Origin: the human T2T-CHM13v2.0 reference genome, Homo sapiens
Reading direction: 5' to 3' (one strand)
DNA length: 64,000 nt
NCBI RefSeq assembly: GCF_009914755.1
Contig: NC_060936.1
Shown here in pieces: positions 44,101 through 58,278 of the stretch (the first letter of the stretch is position 1; each line of letters begins with the position of its first letter). The notes below the pieces were generated by a model, which saw only the letters and a program-made list of their open reading frames with translations, was not told where the DNA came from and made no database searches. The position numbers and the translations under genes are program-made.

Positions 44101-47005
44101 GGCCAAACCTAGGAATTATAGGTGTTCCTAAGAGAGAAGAAAAATCAAAAAGTTTGTAAAATCTATTTGAGGGAATAACTGAGGAAAACTTCTCTGGCCT
44201 TGCTAGAGATTTAGACATTCAGATACATTCAGACATTCAGAAGCTCAAAGAACTCCTGAGAAAATCATTGCAAAAAGGATATCACCAAGGCTTACAGTCA
44301 TCAGGCTATCTAAAGTCAACATGTAGGAAAGAACCTCAGGGCCAGACGGATTCACTACTGAATTCGATCAGACATTCAAACAAGAATTAGTATCAATTCT
44401 ACTAAAACTGTTCCAAAAGATGGAGGAGGGAATCCTCCTTAACTAATTTTATAAAGCCAGTATTTCCCTGATACCAGTCAAGAAAGGACATAGCCAAAAA
44501 AAAAAAAAAAAGCAACAACAACAACAACAACAAAACCACTACTGAACAATATCCCTGATGAATATAGGTAGAAAAATCCTCAACAAAATACTAGCAAACT
44601 GAAGAGTGCATCGAAAACATAATTCACCATGATCAAAGAAGTTTAATTCTAAGAATGCAGGGATGGTTCAACATAAACAAGTCAATAAATGTGATTCATC
44701 ACATAAACAATTAAAAACAAGAACTATATGATCATATCAATAGATTCAGAAAAAGAACTTGATAAAATCCAACATCCCTTTATGATAAAAATCCTCAAAC
44801 TAGGCATAGAAAGAACATATCTCAAAATAATAAAAGCCATATATGACAAACCCACAGCCACTATCATATTGAACAGGGAAAAGCTGAAAGCATTCTCCCT
44901 GAGAAGTGGAACAAGACAAAGATGCCCACTTTCACTACTTCTATTCAACATATTACTAGAAGTCTTAGCCAGAGCAATCAGGCAAGAGAAAGAAATAAAG
45001 GGCATCCAAATTGGAAAAGTGGAAGTCAAACTATCTCTGTTCACTGATTATATGATTGTATACCTAGACTATCTTACAGACTCCTCCAAAAGACTCCTAG
45101 ATCTGATAAATGAATTCAGTAAAGTCTTAGGTTCCCAAATCAACATACACAAATCAGTATCACTGCTATACACCAAAAACAATCAAGCAGAGAATCAAAT
45201 CAAGAACTCAATCCCTTTTACAACAGCTGCAAAAAATAAAATAAAATACCTAGGAATACACTTAACCAAGGAGGTGGAAAATCGCAACAAGGAGAACTAT
45301 AAAACACTGCTGAAAGAAAACATAGATGAATAATAAATGAAACAAACAGAAATACATCCCATGCTTGTGGACTGGAAAAATCAATATCATTGAAAATGAC
45401 CATATTGCCAAAAAATCTACACATTCAATGCATTTCTATCAAAATATCAATATCATTTTTCAAAGAATTATAAAACAACAATTATAAAATTCATATAGAA
45501 CCAAACAGGAACCCAGTAGCTAAGGCAATCCTAAGCAAAAAGAATAAACCTGGAAGCAACACATACCCAACTTCAAACTATACTACAAGGCTATAGTAAC
45601 CAAAACGGTATGGTACTGGTATAAAAGCAGACACATAGATCAATGGAACAGAATAGAAGACCCACAAATAAAGCCAAATACTTACAACTAACTGATTTTT
45701 GACAAAGCATACAAAAATATAAATTGGGGAAAGAATACCCTATTTAATAAATGGTGGTGGGAAAGTTGGATAGCCACATGTAGAAGAATGAAACTGTATC
45801 CCTATATTTCACCTTATACAAAAATCAACTCAAGATGGATTAAATACTTAAATCTAAGACTTGAAACCATAAAAATTCTAGAAGAAAACCTAGGAAAAAC
45901 TCTTCTGGACATTGGCCTAGGCAAAGAATTTATGACTAAGACCCCAAAAGCAAATGCAACAAAAACAAAAATAAATAAATGGAATCTGATTAAATTCAAA
46001 AGCTTCTGCACAGCAAAAGAAATAATCATCAGAGTAAAAAGACAATGCAGAGTGGGAGAAAATATTTGCAAACGATGCATGTGACAAAGGACTAATATCC
46101 AGAATCTACAAGATACTCAAACAAATCGGCAAGAAAACAAATAATCCCATTAAAAAGTGAGCAAAGGACATGAACAGACATTTCTCAAAGGAGATGTACA
46201 ATTGGCCAACAAACATATGAAAAAATGCTCAGCATTACTAATCATCAGGAAAATGCAAATTAAAACTACAATGAGATACCATCTTACCACAACCAGAAAG
46301 GCCATTATTATAAAGTCAAACAACAACAGATATTGGCATAGATGTGGTAAAAAAGAAATGCAAGTACACTGCTGATAACAATGTAAGTTAGTATAACCTC
46401 TGTGGAAAATAGTATGCAGATTTCTCAAAGAACTAAAAATAGATCTACCATTTGATCCAGTAATCCCACTACTGGGTATTTACCCAAAGGAACAGAAGTC
46501 ACTATATCAAAAAGACACCTGCACACATATGCTATCTCAGCACAATTCACAACTGCAAAAATACCTAAGTATCCATCAACTGATGAGTGGGCAAAGAAAA
46601 TGTGGTATGTATACACCATGGATTACTACTCAGACACACACACAAAAACAATGAAATAATGTCCTTTGTAGCAATTTGGATGGAACTGGAGGCATTACTC
46701 TAAGTGAAGTTACTCAAGAATCAAAAACCAAATACTGCATGTTCTCACTTATAAGTGAAAACTAAGCTATGGGTATGCAAAGGCATACAGAGTGGCACAA
46801 TGGACACTGGAAGCTCGGAAGAGGGAAGAGTGGGAGGGTGGGAGGGGGGTGAGGAGTGAAAAACTACCTATTAGGTACAATGTACACTACTCAAGTGATG
46901 GGTGCACGAAAATCTTAAGACTTCACCACTATATAATTAATCCATGTAACCAAAAACCACTTGTATCCATGAAACTATTGAAATAAAAAATTAATAAATT
47001 AAAAA
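41141..47005 (+). mobile_element. L1PB-type element with 5'UTR and internal deletion
   Basis: ccaagatggc 5' end, long GC-richer UTR, ORF1 remnant ~43630-44335 joined directly to ORF2 PGPDGF region, RT remnants (44728-45333), L1PB-like 3'UTR. Confidence 0.85.
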
Positions 47006-47420
47006 ATTAAAGTCTAGCAACAGTTGTACATGACACATTGAAAGAAAATAATTTATTATTGAATGACATTTTAAAAGTCTTACCTAAACAGACAGATAAA
47101 TGTTTTGAGAACTTGACATGCTGATTCTAAAACTTCCACAGATGAACAAAAGTCCAAAAATAGCCAAAATATTCTTGAAGAAAAGAAGCTGGTGGTATAT
47201 ACCCCACTGATTAATATTTATTATAGAACTATAAAAATGAAAATATTATGGAACTGATGCATGGATAAATAGCAAATATGGTCCCATAAAATGGTGGCAT
47301 GATGTTGCAGACTCAAGTGCATACCGAAATTTTATATATGACATTTCAGATTCTAAGAAAAAGAGAGGAATTATTCAATGTATAGTTTGGGGAATTGATT
47401 ATTCAAATAAAAAAGGATTA

Positions 47421-48478
47421 TGAATGTAATTTCACAGTGAACTTCAAAGCAGTTGTTTATTTTGAGGGTTAGAAGAAGAGTTTTTTTGTTTTTGTGTTGT
47501 TGTTTTTAAATCAGGTACAACTGATTTTTTAGAGTGGTTCAATTTGGGGAGTTGAGCGAGGGAAGAAAAGATGTTAAAAAGTAATGTTTAGATGAAAACA
47601 AAAGGTATGGATGTGGTTATAGAGTTCAGGTTTAACAGGGAAAATTTTTGGCTTTTTTTAAACTTATGTGTTATATGGTTAACCATCGAGGGGTATGACA
47701 AGTTATTCCAGCTTTTCCAAATATTAATTATATTGGTTTTAAGAAGTCTCCATAATCACAGGTGGCATTTTCCCTTCATCTGTGGGAGTAGATGATGCAA
47801 CCCACACAGTGACTTCGAACTTCTTTGATAGAATTTCCACTGCCTTGTTGAATTTCTCACTGTATCGCATGTCTTGCCAAGTGTGAAATAATGAGTTTAT
47901 GAAAACTTCAAAACTACACATCATTTTGCATGAATAATACCCATTCGAGCTAAGGAGACTGACATGTTTTGTAGCATTTCCGGGTAAATGAAAATTTTAT
48001 TGGCATTCACCATTTACTAGCTTTATACAATATTATAAAGGTAGAAGCAAAACAGCAGCACATTGTGCTTGGCTTATAAGGATTGCTTTAGCACCATTAT
48101 GTTAAATAAACAATGTGCATAGTGTATTGTAAGTGCCTACTCTTGCAAATTTACAATACTTAAATATACTTAACATTCTAATGTATTAAAAGTATAAAGA
48201 AAAAACTAAACAGACATTTATAGCAATACTATGAAATCTCCAATAATTGTTTTGACTGTTGCCTTTGGCTCTTTAGTGCAACTTTTCTACATTGTAATTA
48301 CTATATTGTGTTGCTTTGTGTTTCCTATTTGTTATACATAACTTCAGAGTTAAGTACCAGTACACCAAGTACTGCAATTACCTTTCAGTTATTGTACGTG
48401 CAATGTAACAGCTTACAGTTTTGGTGCTTAATAATATTCCTTTTTTTCTTTAATAAAGGATATTTATTTGAATTTTTT
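47421..48478 (+). pseudogene. Probable 5'-truncated retrocopy of an unidentified mRNA 3'UTR
   Basis: Sequence not recognised as a repeat, splitting an old L1 ORF2; AATAAA at 48452 near its end; TSD-like aaagga(t/a)ta on both sides; no clear poly-A. Confidence 0.55.
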
Positions 48479-48479
48479 A

Positions 48480-49610
48480 AAGGAATAAAACTAAATGTCT
48501 ACCTAATATGATGTCAAAAAAAATTACCCCAATGGATTAGAGATTTAAATGTTAAAGGACAAATTTTAAAATATTTACAAGAAAACAGGATAATATGTTT
48601 AGACCTTGAGTTACACAATGGTTTCTTAAAGAAGAAACAAAAAAGCTAACTCTAAAAGAATAGGTTTATAAATTCAGCTACATTTTATATTTTCACACAT
48701 AAAAGAATGAAAACAAACCAACAAACTGCTAAAAGATGTTTGTAATATGTATAAACCACAAAGGATTTGGTGTCAGGAAGTTATCAAGAATACCTGAAAA
48801 GCAGTAAGAAAGCAACAAATACCACACCACAAATATGGGCAATGTTTCTTTCATTGATTTCATTCCTTACAGAAAAAGAAATACAAATATATGAAAAGAT
48901 GCTTGAATTCATTAGCAATCAGTGAAAAGAAAATTCTAATGGTAATAAAATATATTACATTTAGACTAAAAAAAAGAAATCTGAAGATACCCAGTATTTA
49001 TAAAGATATAATCAAAAGGAATGTTTATTGATAAATGTAAAAATTGGTATAACCCCTTTAGAAAATAATTTGTTATATCTTATAAATGTGAATATTAGCT
49101 CACTTAATGGCACAGGCATCTTAATCCTAGGGATATACCCTAGCTCTTCCAGTGAAGTTCATGACACAAAAAAGTAGAATCAGCCCAAATACACACTAAT
49201 ATGATATAGATATATAAACTGTAGATGAAATATATAACAGTGAAAATGCATGAACTTTGACTACAGAATTCAAAAATAAGCAAAAGTGATTTTTGTTTAG
49301 GAACACATATATATGTAATAAAAGCAAATAGTTTTTGTTTAGGAACATACATATGTAATAAAACTATTTTTCAAGAGACAGAAGGAATTGGTAAATACAA
49401 AATTCATGCTATTGGCTACCTCATGGGGAAAAGTAGAGTGATGGAAAATGACTGAGCATAGACCAAGCAATAGTAGTGGCAAAGTTCTAACCTAAATCTA
49501 ATGGTGAATTCATGGCTATTCATTTTATTATTTCCCTTTAAATTGGCATATAGGTGATTACGTATTATTTCTCATGCACAGCATTTGATATTTAGTAATT
49601 TGCAAATAAA
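48480..49610 (+). mobile_element. Old L1M(E)-like ORF2/3' remnant, part of the host L1 fragmented from ~37 kb onward
   Basis: Degenerate L1 motifs (aatggattagagatttaaatgt; atatgaaaagatgcttgaattcattagcaatcag). Confidence 0.6.
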
Positions 49611-49796
49611 TGTTAGTTCTTATCATTTTGTAAAATTTACAGCAGCAGAATGAAATAAGTGACAAGTGTAATAATTTATCAAGATAATTAATCAAAATTA
49701 CTAAAATGTAAAATAAATGGAAAATAGCCTAAACATTATTGTAAATAATTCAATAAACAATTACATAAGCTAAACTTAATTGACAAAATAACTTAC

Positions 49797-49837
49797 CTAA
49801 CATGTTACATTTCTCTTTAGATGAACAAATGTCTTCC
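49797..49837 (-). CDS. ADAMTS20: ADAMTS20 small exon (probably 7)
   Basis: 41 nt; (R)EDICSSKEKCNML(G); ttttaag acceptor, G|gtaagt donor; phase 2/1 links the flanking exons in frame. Confidence 0.93.
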
Positions 49838-50467
49838 CTTAAAATAAAAGATTTATTTTGAAGCATTTTTGGAAAATATTTTTGCAACAAGCCAAAATAA
49901 AAATAAAGAAGCTTTAACTATGACATGACTACTACCACAAACTAACTTCTAAAATCTAGTTCACATTAACCTCTCAAAAAGTCTAAACCTAGAGTAATGC
50001 ACCATTTGTCCACATCAATAAGCAATACGTACTATAAAATCAGTGTTGTAAATAGTTGAATCATTAACCAAGTTCAATGAAAAACTTTCTATTTTAAATG
50101 TCTCTTCTTTTACTTACACAGTATATGTAATATAGTTTACCCTCATGATGATTCAATGTCATCATCAGCTTCAGTTATCATTCTCTCATGCAAAATAATG
50201 GTGTTCTCAGATGTTACGAAGTTGATAAATTTTTTTTGCTTCTGCATTACTTAGTCCATGGCCATTCAATTTGACAGTTCTCGTGTCTCCTTTCTTATCA
50301 CCTCTTTCTCATAGCCCTTTCTTCCTCCCATATTTAATCTGCTATCTCCAATCTCTCCTGCTTGGCTTTTAACTACAATCCAAGGAAGAACCATGGACTA
50401 TATATAACATAATACTATGTATAAAATTAAATCAATTCTACTTTAGTTTTGAAAAGAGATTAAAGTA

Positions 50468-50814
50468 CAGTCATGCACTGCATAACATGTTTCAGTCAAC
50501 AATGGACTGCATATATGACATCGGTCCTATAAGATTATAATACCATATTTATACTACACCTTTTCTATGTTTAGATAGGTTTAGATACACAAATGTTTAC
50601 CATTGTGTTACAAATGTCTGTAGCATTCAGTACAGTAACATACTGTACAGGTTTGTAGCCTAGGGCCAGTAGGCTATACCATATTGCCTTGGTGTGTAGT
50701 AGACTACACCATCCAGGTTTGCATAAGTACACTCTATTATGTTTGCATAAAGACTAAATCGCCTAATGATGCATTTCTTGGAATGTGTCCCCGTCATTAA
50801 GCAACACATAATTG
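50468..50814. mobile_element. Tigger3a/MER7-type TcMar DNA transposon
   Basis: TA TSDs; cagtcatgcactgcataac...cattaagcaacacataattg termini; ~347 bp. Confidence 0.85.
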
Positions 50815-51500
50815 TACATGAACTACATGTTAGCTATATTACATTGGCTGAAGTTTTTCATTTCAGGATTCTAGAAAGCTGAGATTTCTTTTGAGTTTGA
50901 TGCCTAAATAAAGGATTTCTTTGGTTAGTCAACCAAATATCAAACCTAGGATTTATATATTCTGGTAGTATCACTGTTGCTGAAAGAAAGGTGTAAATTA
51001 ACAATGTATAGCATTGCTTGTAAAATGAATAATAATTTTATAACAGCAGAAGCTGTTTTTCATATAAATAAGTAGGTTTGAGAACAACCCTAGCAAAGGT
51101 AGCCTGGTAATTAAGGCAGGCATTAAGCATCAAAACGAGGAACAGATAAACAGATTTTTAAAAGGAAAGGGAGTCCAAAAAGTGGACAAACGAAAGAAGA
51201 ACAAAGTTGCTCTTCTTTCCAAGCAACTGAAATACCAAGAAGGGAATGAACAAAACCTGCTCTCAGTTCCATAACTATGTTAATTTCTTAATTCTCTCAT
51301 TCTGTCACTAATATCGTAAGGAAATTGTCTTGTTTAGATCAAACCATTACTCAGCAACCTGACATTGCTAATTTCCTAGAGAACTAACTAGTATTCTGGT
51401 TTGAAAGAATAGAAGAATGCTTTTATTCGATAGTTTCTTTTGTAATACAAATTCTTATAGAACACTTCTGTGTATTATTAACAAAGAATTAAGAAGAAGT

Positions 51501-51850
<350 letters not shown>

Positions 51851-51911
51851 TCAGTCATGCAGGAGGGAAGAGTAAAGGATTGTATGGGAAGGGTTATTTC
51901 TATAATCATAC

Positions 51912-52036
51912 CTAGTGATAAGAACAGCAGTGTCATGGTGGGAAGGGTGAACATCATCAAGGTCATTCTGAGTTTGTTGCCATGAACAAAAGTTCTTTAA
52001 TGTGGTAGCACCATCAAAATTAATGACTGGTCCTTC
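51912..52036 (-). CDS. ADAMTS20: ADAMTS20 exon (probably 6), catalytic domain
   Basis: 125 nt; EGPVINFDGATTLKNFCSWQQTQNDLDDVHPSHHDTAVLIT(R); AG|gtatga donor; phase 0/2. Confidence 0.95.
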
Positions 52037-52576
52037 CTATGCAAAATAAGCAATGCAATACTATGTCAAAATATTAACGTCCTCTTTTCCTTCCAAGTTT
52101 ATCAGCATCTGCACAATTTATCAAATAGCATTCTCACAGGTGAATGAAGGAGTGACAGCATCTCTTCTTCATATATTAACTATAACGTATTTTAGCAATA
52201 TCTAAAACATTATGATCAAAACTGAATCTAATTAGATCTTCTTAATACAACCATCCAATATTTAGGAAAAAAACTTTTAAAAACGACTATATTCTAAATC
52301 CTCTGACATTAGGATTATAAAAATGAATACTAAGGTTTTCAATATTTTATTTTTGAATTGTTTATTCACTTTTGTTACTTCCTTTACTCAGTTAAACACT
52401 GTTGTCATTCTATTTTATTTCCATCACAACAAATAAGGGTAATCTCATTCCTTCTCAAATCAAGTCTTTTAAAATTTTAAAAATATCTCATTTCTAATAA
52501 GAGTTCCATAATCTCTACGTATTGTCACTAAAAACTTACTACAACTAAGGTTACTAATTTTAGACCTGTTTCTTAC

Positions 52577-52660
52577 CTCCTCACGGTGAATCATAACTAA
52601 TTTTACCACTACTATGTGTATCAAATTTCCAATACTTGGATCTTTGTAGATTGTTGCAAC
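52577..52660 (-). CDS. ADAMTS20: ADAMTS20 exon (probably 5), catalytic domain
   Basis: 84 nt; VATIYKDPSIGNLIHIVVVKLVMIHREE; cag acceptor, GAG|gtaaga donor; phase 0/0. Confidence 0.96.
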
Positions 52661-52889
52661 CTGCATGTAAAAAAAATGTAGGATTAGTTGTTTAAAATGA
52701 ATATTTCTTCTCAAAAGTAAGTTGAAATAGTCACAGAGTATCAATTCTCTAATTGCACTGCACGTAGGAATCTTGGAATCTCTTAGAGTGCTTTAACAAA
52801 TCCTCATGTTCAGACCACATCCCTTACCAAATAAATCAGAATCTGCAGGATTGAGACTCAGGCATCTTAAAGATTCTCAAAATTTGAGT

Positions 52890-53058
52890 ATCTTAAACCT
52901 TGCTACTGAGACTGATCCATGGATCAGCAGCATCCACATAACCTAGAGCTGATATGAAACACAGAATCTCAGGCCCCACCCTGGATTAATGATTCAGAGT
53001 CTGCACTTTAACAAGATGTCAAGTGATCTGAACACATGTTAGAGTTTGGAACTGCTGT
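52890..53058. mobile_element. MER5A-like hAT-Charlie element
   Basis: cagcagcatc...cagaatctcaggccccacc...tcagagtctgcactttaacaagat. Confidence 0.65.
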
Positions 53059-55579
53059 TATGGATGATTCAGCAAGAAATTCACTTCATTCTGTGGCATA
53101 ATCCACAATTTACATGACTACAATATTCCATAAAAATATGTAAGTTTTACCTATTCTTTTCTGATAGTTCACCTAATCTTTCGGCCACAGTTGCATATTT
53201 CCAACTCCAAATATGGTTATTATTTTTAAAGTTTAGCATCACCAGAATCCATAGAGGCAGATCCATCTAGAATCATATAAACAGCCCTAGAAGAGGTCAT
53301 GAGTCACAACCTGGTCCTCAATTTTCCAGGATTGGAGAATGTTAGGCACTCTGAATGGGCTCTGCATGGGCTCATTTATGATTCATGATCAAAGTGCCAT
53401 CCCATTCGCTAATTCATATTCTCTTCTTGTAGCCATTATAGAGGTTGCCACTGCAGTAGGGGTGTCTTCCATGGCCAATGCCTCTGCCCGGTACTTAATT
53501 AGAGGCATATCCCACTCTGGATCTGGGCTACCTGTGCAATGAAATCTGCTTCTAAACCCTAGATCACCTTCTTGTTGGCCACTGCCTAAGTCAAGGCAGC
53601 AATTGCTCCAGGGTGTGCTACTTCCCTCAGTTGTTTAATAAAGAAATGTTCAGTATCTACTCATTGCTTTGTTGGCTAGAGAAGCAGATATAGATAAGAG
53701 GACAAAGGCCCTGACCTTATGAAGCTTACAGTTTGTTAGAAGTATCACTACCGGAGCCCTCACTCTATCAAAGCTGCTTCACCACAACATATAACATGAC
53801 TGCTACCAATGTCTCTTGTGCCAAAAGGACTACTACCAGAACTAGAGCCAAAAGCATCTTTAGAGCTGCTGACACTGTAGGGTCAGCATGAGCATAAATA
53901 CATAATCCAGCATCTTTACTACTGTTATAGCTGTGCAGCCTCAAATATTTACAGGTTTGTCATCTGTACCTATAGTGATGACTTTGGCTCTGGTGGTAGC
54001 ATGTTTTGGCAAGAGTGGAGGTAGCCCCAGTGGGGTTGACAGTAAGTTAAGACTGGGATGGTCAGCTGATTGGTGATTTCAAGCAGGTCTGTTAGCAATG
54101 CAGTATTTCTCACTTTAAAATAGGAGCTGTGAATTTACAGTTGAATTTATATATTCATTTTACAGGCAATGTTTTAAAATACATCTACCATGGAGAAAAA
54201 AAAAGCACACCTGTAATTATGATTTTGGAGTTACTTTGATCCTGTGAGTTTAAAAGTGGATGCTTTTCTAAGTCAAATTACAAGGTAAAAGACAAACCTC
54301 AAAGGTATTTATAAAAGCTCTTTTTCCCCTATAAATGAAAAACAGCTGTGAAGACTTCTGTGTCTCAGAATAATATGCATATCCAGTGGTCCACAGAAAA
54401 AAGAGCATATGCACTATGAGGTGTCTACATGGCTAACTACTATATCCATTGTCCCAAGTATTTTGACTATGAATGAAAATCTGGATGTTATAATATCAGC
54501 TATAAAATATATAATCACAAAAATATTTCCAGTTTCGGAAGGAAACAGATGCTGCACCTTTATTTAAAAGTGACAAATCTGCAAGCTAGAATTTGGAAAA
54601 AAAATCCCAATATTCTGATAGTATAATTAAAATATATTACTACAGCAAAATATCCTTGAATGTAACACTAAGGAAAAGATAATGCAAACAATTGTTATGC
54701 AAGGTGGATAGTGGCTATAAAACATAGTTATTTAAGGGAAACAGACACAGGTTCCAATTCTAAGAGCCATTTGATAAAACCTACTTCTAGGCTACTATAA
54801 GGATTAAATGAGATGGTCTGCAAATAGTATTTAGATTAGAGCCAGGATCATAGGGATCAATCACAGTGGCTATTGTTCTTATTGCTACTTATAAAGCTTT
54901 TTCAGAAGAAAAGGCATAATACAGATATAGATATACATAATGCTAGTTCTAGTACATGTGTTTCAAGTTAATTATCACAGTATGTCTAAATTGGAAGCAA
55001 AGTATCCAAAAGCATGATTGCTTTATTATCTCTTTTAGTACTTACTGAATATCTATTGCCCATCAAACCCTGTGTTGCTTACTAAATATACAGAGCCAAA
55101 CAAGGCATAATCTCTGCCCTTAACTCACAGTCCTCTGGGGGTAAAAGATACAAAAACAGATGGTTTGATTTAAATAATTTTTACTTCCCCCAAAGAAAGT
55201 GATATTTTGCTTTTACACTAAAATAGTATATTTCATTAAATAATTAAGGATGTCATCATGCTCATTTTTTCTAATTGTATCTCTTATTGTTTTACTGACC
55301 TTTATAATTTAAGTGCTCATATAGGATATACGTATACCTTTAACTATATTTTGATGTTTAAAGGTGATGTTATTGAACAACTCTATTCAATAAAGCTAAA
55401 TTGTGATTCAAGCAATGAATAGCCACAAGGCCCATTTGGTACTCAGAGAATTTTTGAAGCAGTATGTACAATGCACTTCTCTCCTTCCTAAAACTACCAC
55501 CCCAAATTAGATTGCCTTGATGATAGGATACTACGTTTGCTATAAATAATAAATGAGTAAATATTAAATGATACATAAA

Positions 55580-55800
55580 ATATTTATTCAATGTTTATTG
55601 TGTGCCAGATGTGTTCAAGTTTAAATGTATTAATTCATTTAATTATCACAACAAATCTTATGAGATAGGAACTATTATAGTGTCCATTTTACAGATAAGA
55701 ACAGTAAGATACAGAGAAGTTAACTAAGACACTGAAAGTTAGGCAGCTGGTAGCAAACAGAACCCAATTTTCATTCTGTACAGTCTGGCTTTAGAGCACT
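55580..55800 (-). mobile_element. MIR
   Basis: ccattttacagataagaacagtaagatacagagaagttaac core. Confidence 0.7.
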
Positions 55801-58166
55801 GACTACTTTATCTGATCTTTATTCAGCATTCTGAACCAATTAGTTCTTGGTACAAAACATTTGAAGACATTTCAAAACCCTGCTGCAACACATCCCCCGG
55901 CCACTGGTATTGTCCTGTTATAGTCACTTGCCCGTGGCCTCAGAGAAGCCCTAGGCAGTCAGCAGACCTGGTCTTTAGTTCCAGCTCTAAACAAGTAGCT
56001 ACAAGCTAGTTGTTCAACCCTGGAAAATGAGTTGATTTTTTTTGTCTTAATGTCTTTAATATCCATGTTGAGGCACTGGGTACCCTTGGGTCACAATGTC
56101 CTTGCATATTGGATTAATATTAACCAGGTGCTGTTGGGAAGAGTTGTGAAAGACATTTGTTTTAAAGAACAAAATCATTCCACAGTTTGAGAAATGAGCT
56201 AAAATAATTAGATATCTTCATGGAATCTTGAATAGGCTAACACACATACACACACACACATACACATATTAAATCTATGAGACAGAGATATTATATACAG
56301 CATTTCATGCAACTATATGACCGTAGTCCTTAGCCCCCCGACCATGGAGCGTATCATAGGACTAATATTCCATTCCATAGACTACACTTTAGGAAACACC
56401 AGACCAGATTTCTAACGTATCATCCTATTCTAAAAGCCTTGTAATATTTTCAATATATTACCTTAATCACTACATTTTAGAGTGCTATGTATTCGAATTT
56501 TTATTGATCTACTTAAAATGTATTTAATCTTTCATTCCTTAAATGTTAGTTTCCTTCACTTAAGTAGTTCTGACTTGTTTATAGGTTTCATAAAATAGTA
56601 AATATTATTCTTTCATGGATATTTAATGAAAGGTGAAGAAGAAATGGTATGAATTGTATTGTTGAAATCTTTAAGAAAATTCTAGGCAAAATATACTTCA
56701 TACAAAGCATGAAACAAATTGCTATCACCATTAACTTACCAACCATTTTGAAAATAATTTCTAGATAGAGCTTTAGCAAACATTCACATATGGTATGTTC
56801 ATAGGCCACCTTCATTAAGAAGTACAAAGTCATCTATAAAAAACTGATTTTGACAAACAAATTTTGTTTACAAAGATCATTACTCTTTACTTCTTTGGAA
56901 AGATCTTTTCATTTTTAAATTGAAAATGATGAAATTCTACATACATACAAAGCGAATATGTGCAAATAATTAAGAATATGCAGAGCACTAAATTGAAGGG
57001 AAAAGTAATATAAATGGTTATACCTGAAGTATGAAAGCATATCATTAGTTTTTATTTTAATATAGTTAAAAATCTTCCCCATCCTAATAACGTCAGTAAA
57101 AGCAACTAACAAGATTGAAAGTAATGGTATAAAATCAATGTAATGCAAATGAGGGTTTTTAGTTGATATATGCCTCTAATAATAGTAACCATAATTTAAT
57201 GAAAGGGTTAATTCTTGAGGATTACATGATGCTCCTTAAACTTACATTATTAAATCTGCAACAGGATGAATATTATAGAGTCAAACCCTTACAAACACAA
57301 TGAAGTGTGGAAGTCTTTAATACTTAGTAAATATTTAAGGTCTATTAAATAACAAATTGAGTATCAAAATAAATATACTGAAGAAAAAACTGCTCTAGTT
57401 TACATACATTTTTAGTAGCTTAATAATGCATATATATATGCCATTTTAACCTGGTGTTGTCACCCAAATTCCCTATGAATAAAGGTTTTAGAATAACAGC
57501 TGAGTATCTCTGCTCATTTAACACAAACACTATTTCACTAGATATATTAGTGTGTTCTTCTCCACTAATTTTAATGTTAATTCCAGAAACCTTTAAGTAA
57601 GAAGGGTCTCTAGCCTATTCTAACAACATTAAGTGCAACTAAAAAGTGAATTAAGTCACATTCTTTATTTCAATATCACTGCACTCAGGTATTTCGTTAA
57701 ATTGTTGAAAGCAAAGAAAAAGTTTAAGAAGACAGCACAATTGTTTACTTCGTGCAGGATGAGTAAGGATAGATAATCCAAGTTGTGTATATAATCCATT
57801 TGCTCAATCCTGAAAGCATTCCCCTATTTCCCCCTTTATATTTGGAGCTCAACAGACAAAAATTATTTTTTCATCACTTTGAACTTGTCTTTATCATATA
57901 CCAAGCCTATGTCACATTGTCTTGACCTTTTCCTAAATTACCGTGACAGAATATCACCAATAATCCATGTGTATGTTTGAATAAATGCAGTTAGTGCCTT
58001 CTAAAAACTGGAAAAAGTATGCAAAACCTGAACAGCTCCTTCCTAAACTAGAAATATCTGTGGACACTTATGTGCAAATAGCATTTCTCTTACCCCTTTA
58101 AAGCGGTTTTTGAAATGGTCTTAACAAGTAACAATAAAACAAGTTGGACTGGATTTGATCGCTACA

Positions 58167-58278
58167 CAGTGTGATCAACAGTCCCAGTTTGCTCAGGACT
58201 GAAGGGTTTCCAAGGACATGAGACTCAATACCAAAACTGATCAAGTTCCAGGTAAAACAGGGAGAGTTTGTCACCCTT
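58167..58278. mobile_element. MER81/MER94-like hAT-Blackjack element
   Basis: cagtgtgatcaacagtcccagtttgc...gagtttgtcaccct imperfect terminal inverted repeats. Confidence 0.55.

Noticed and set aside
49290-49363. Short direct repeat (tttttgtttaggaaca...tatgtaataaaa, two copies) as an array
   Set aside because: Two-copy slippage duplication in an old L1; no CRISPR-like or prokaryotic structure anywhere in the window
53230-53620. GC-richer island with a 67-aa ORF
   Set aside because: No recognisable homology or splice structure; possibly an ancient LINE remnant, but I cannot support a call
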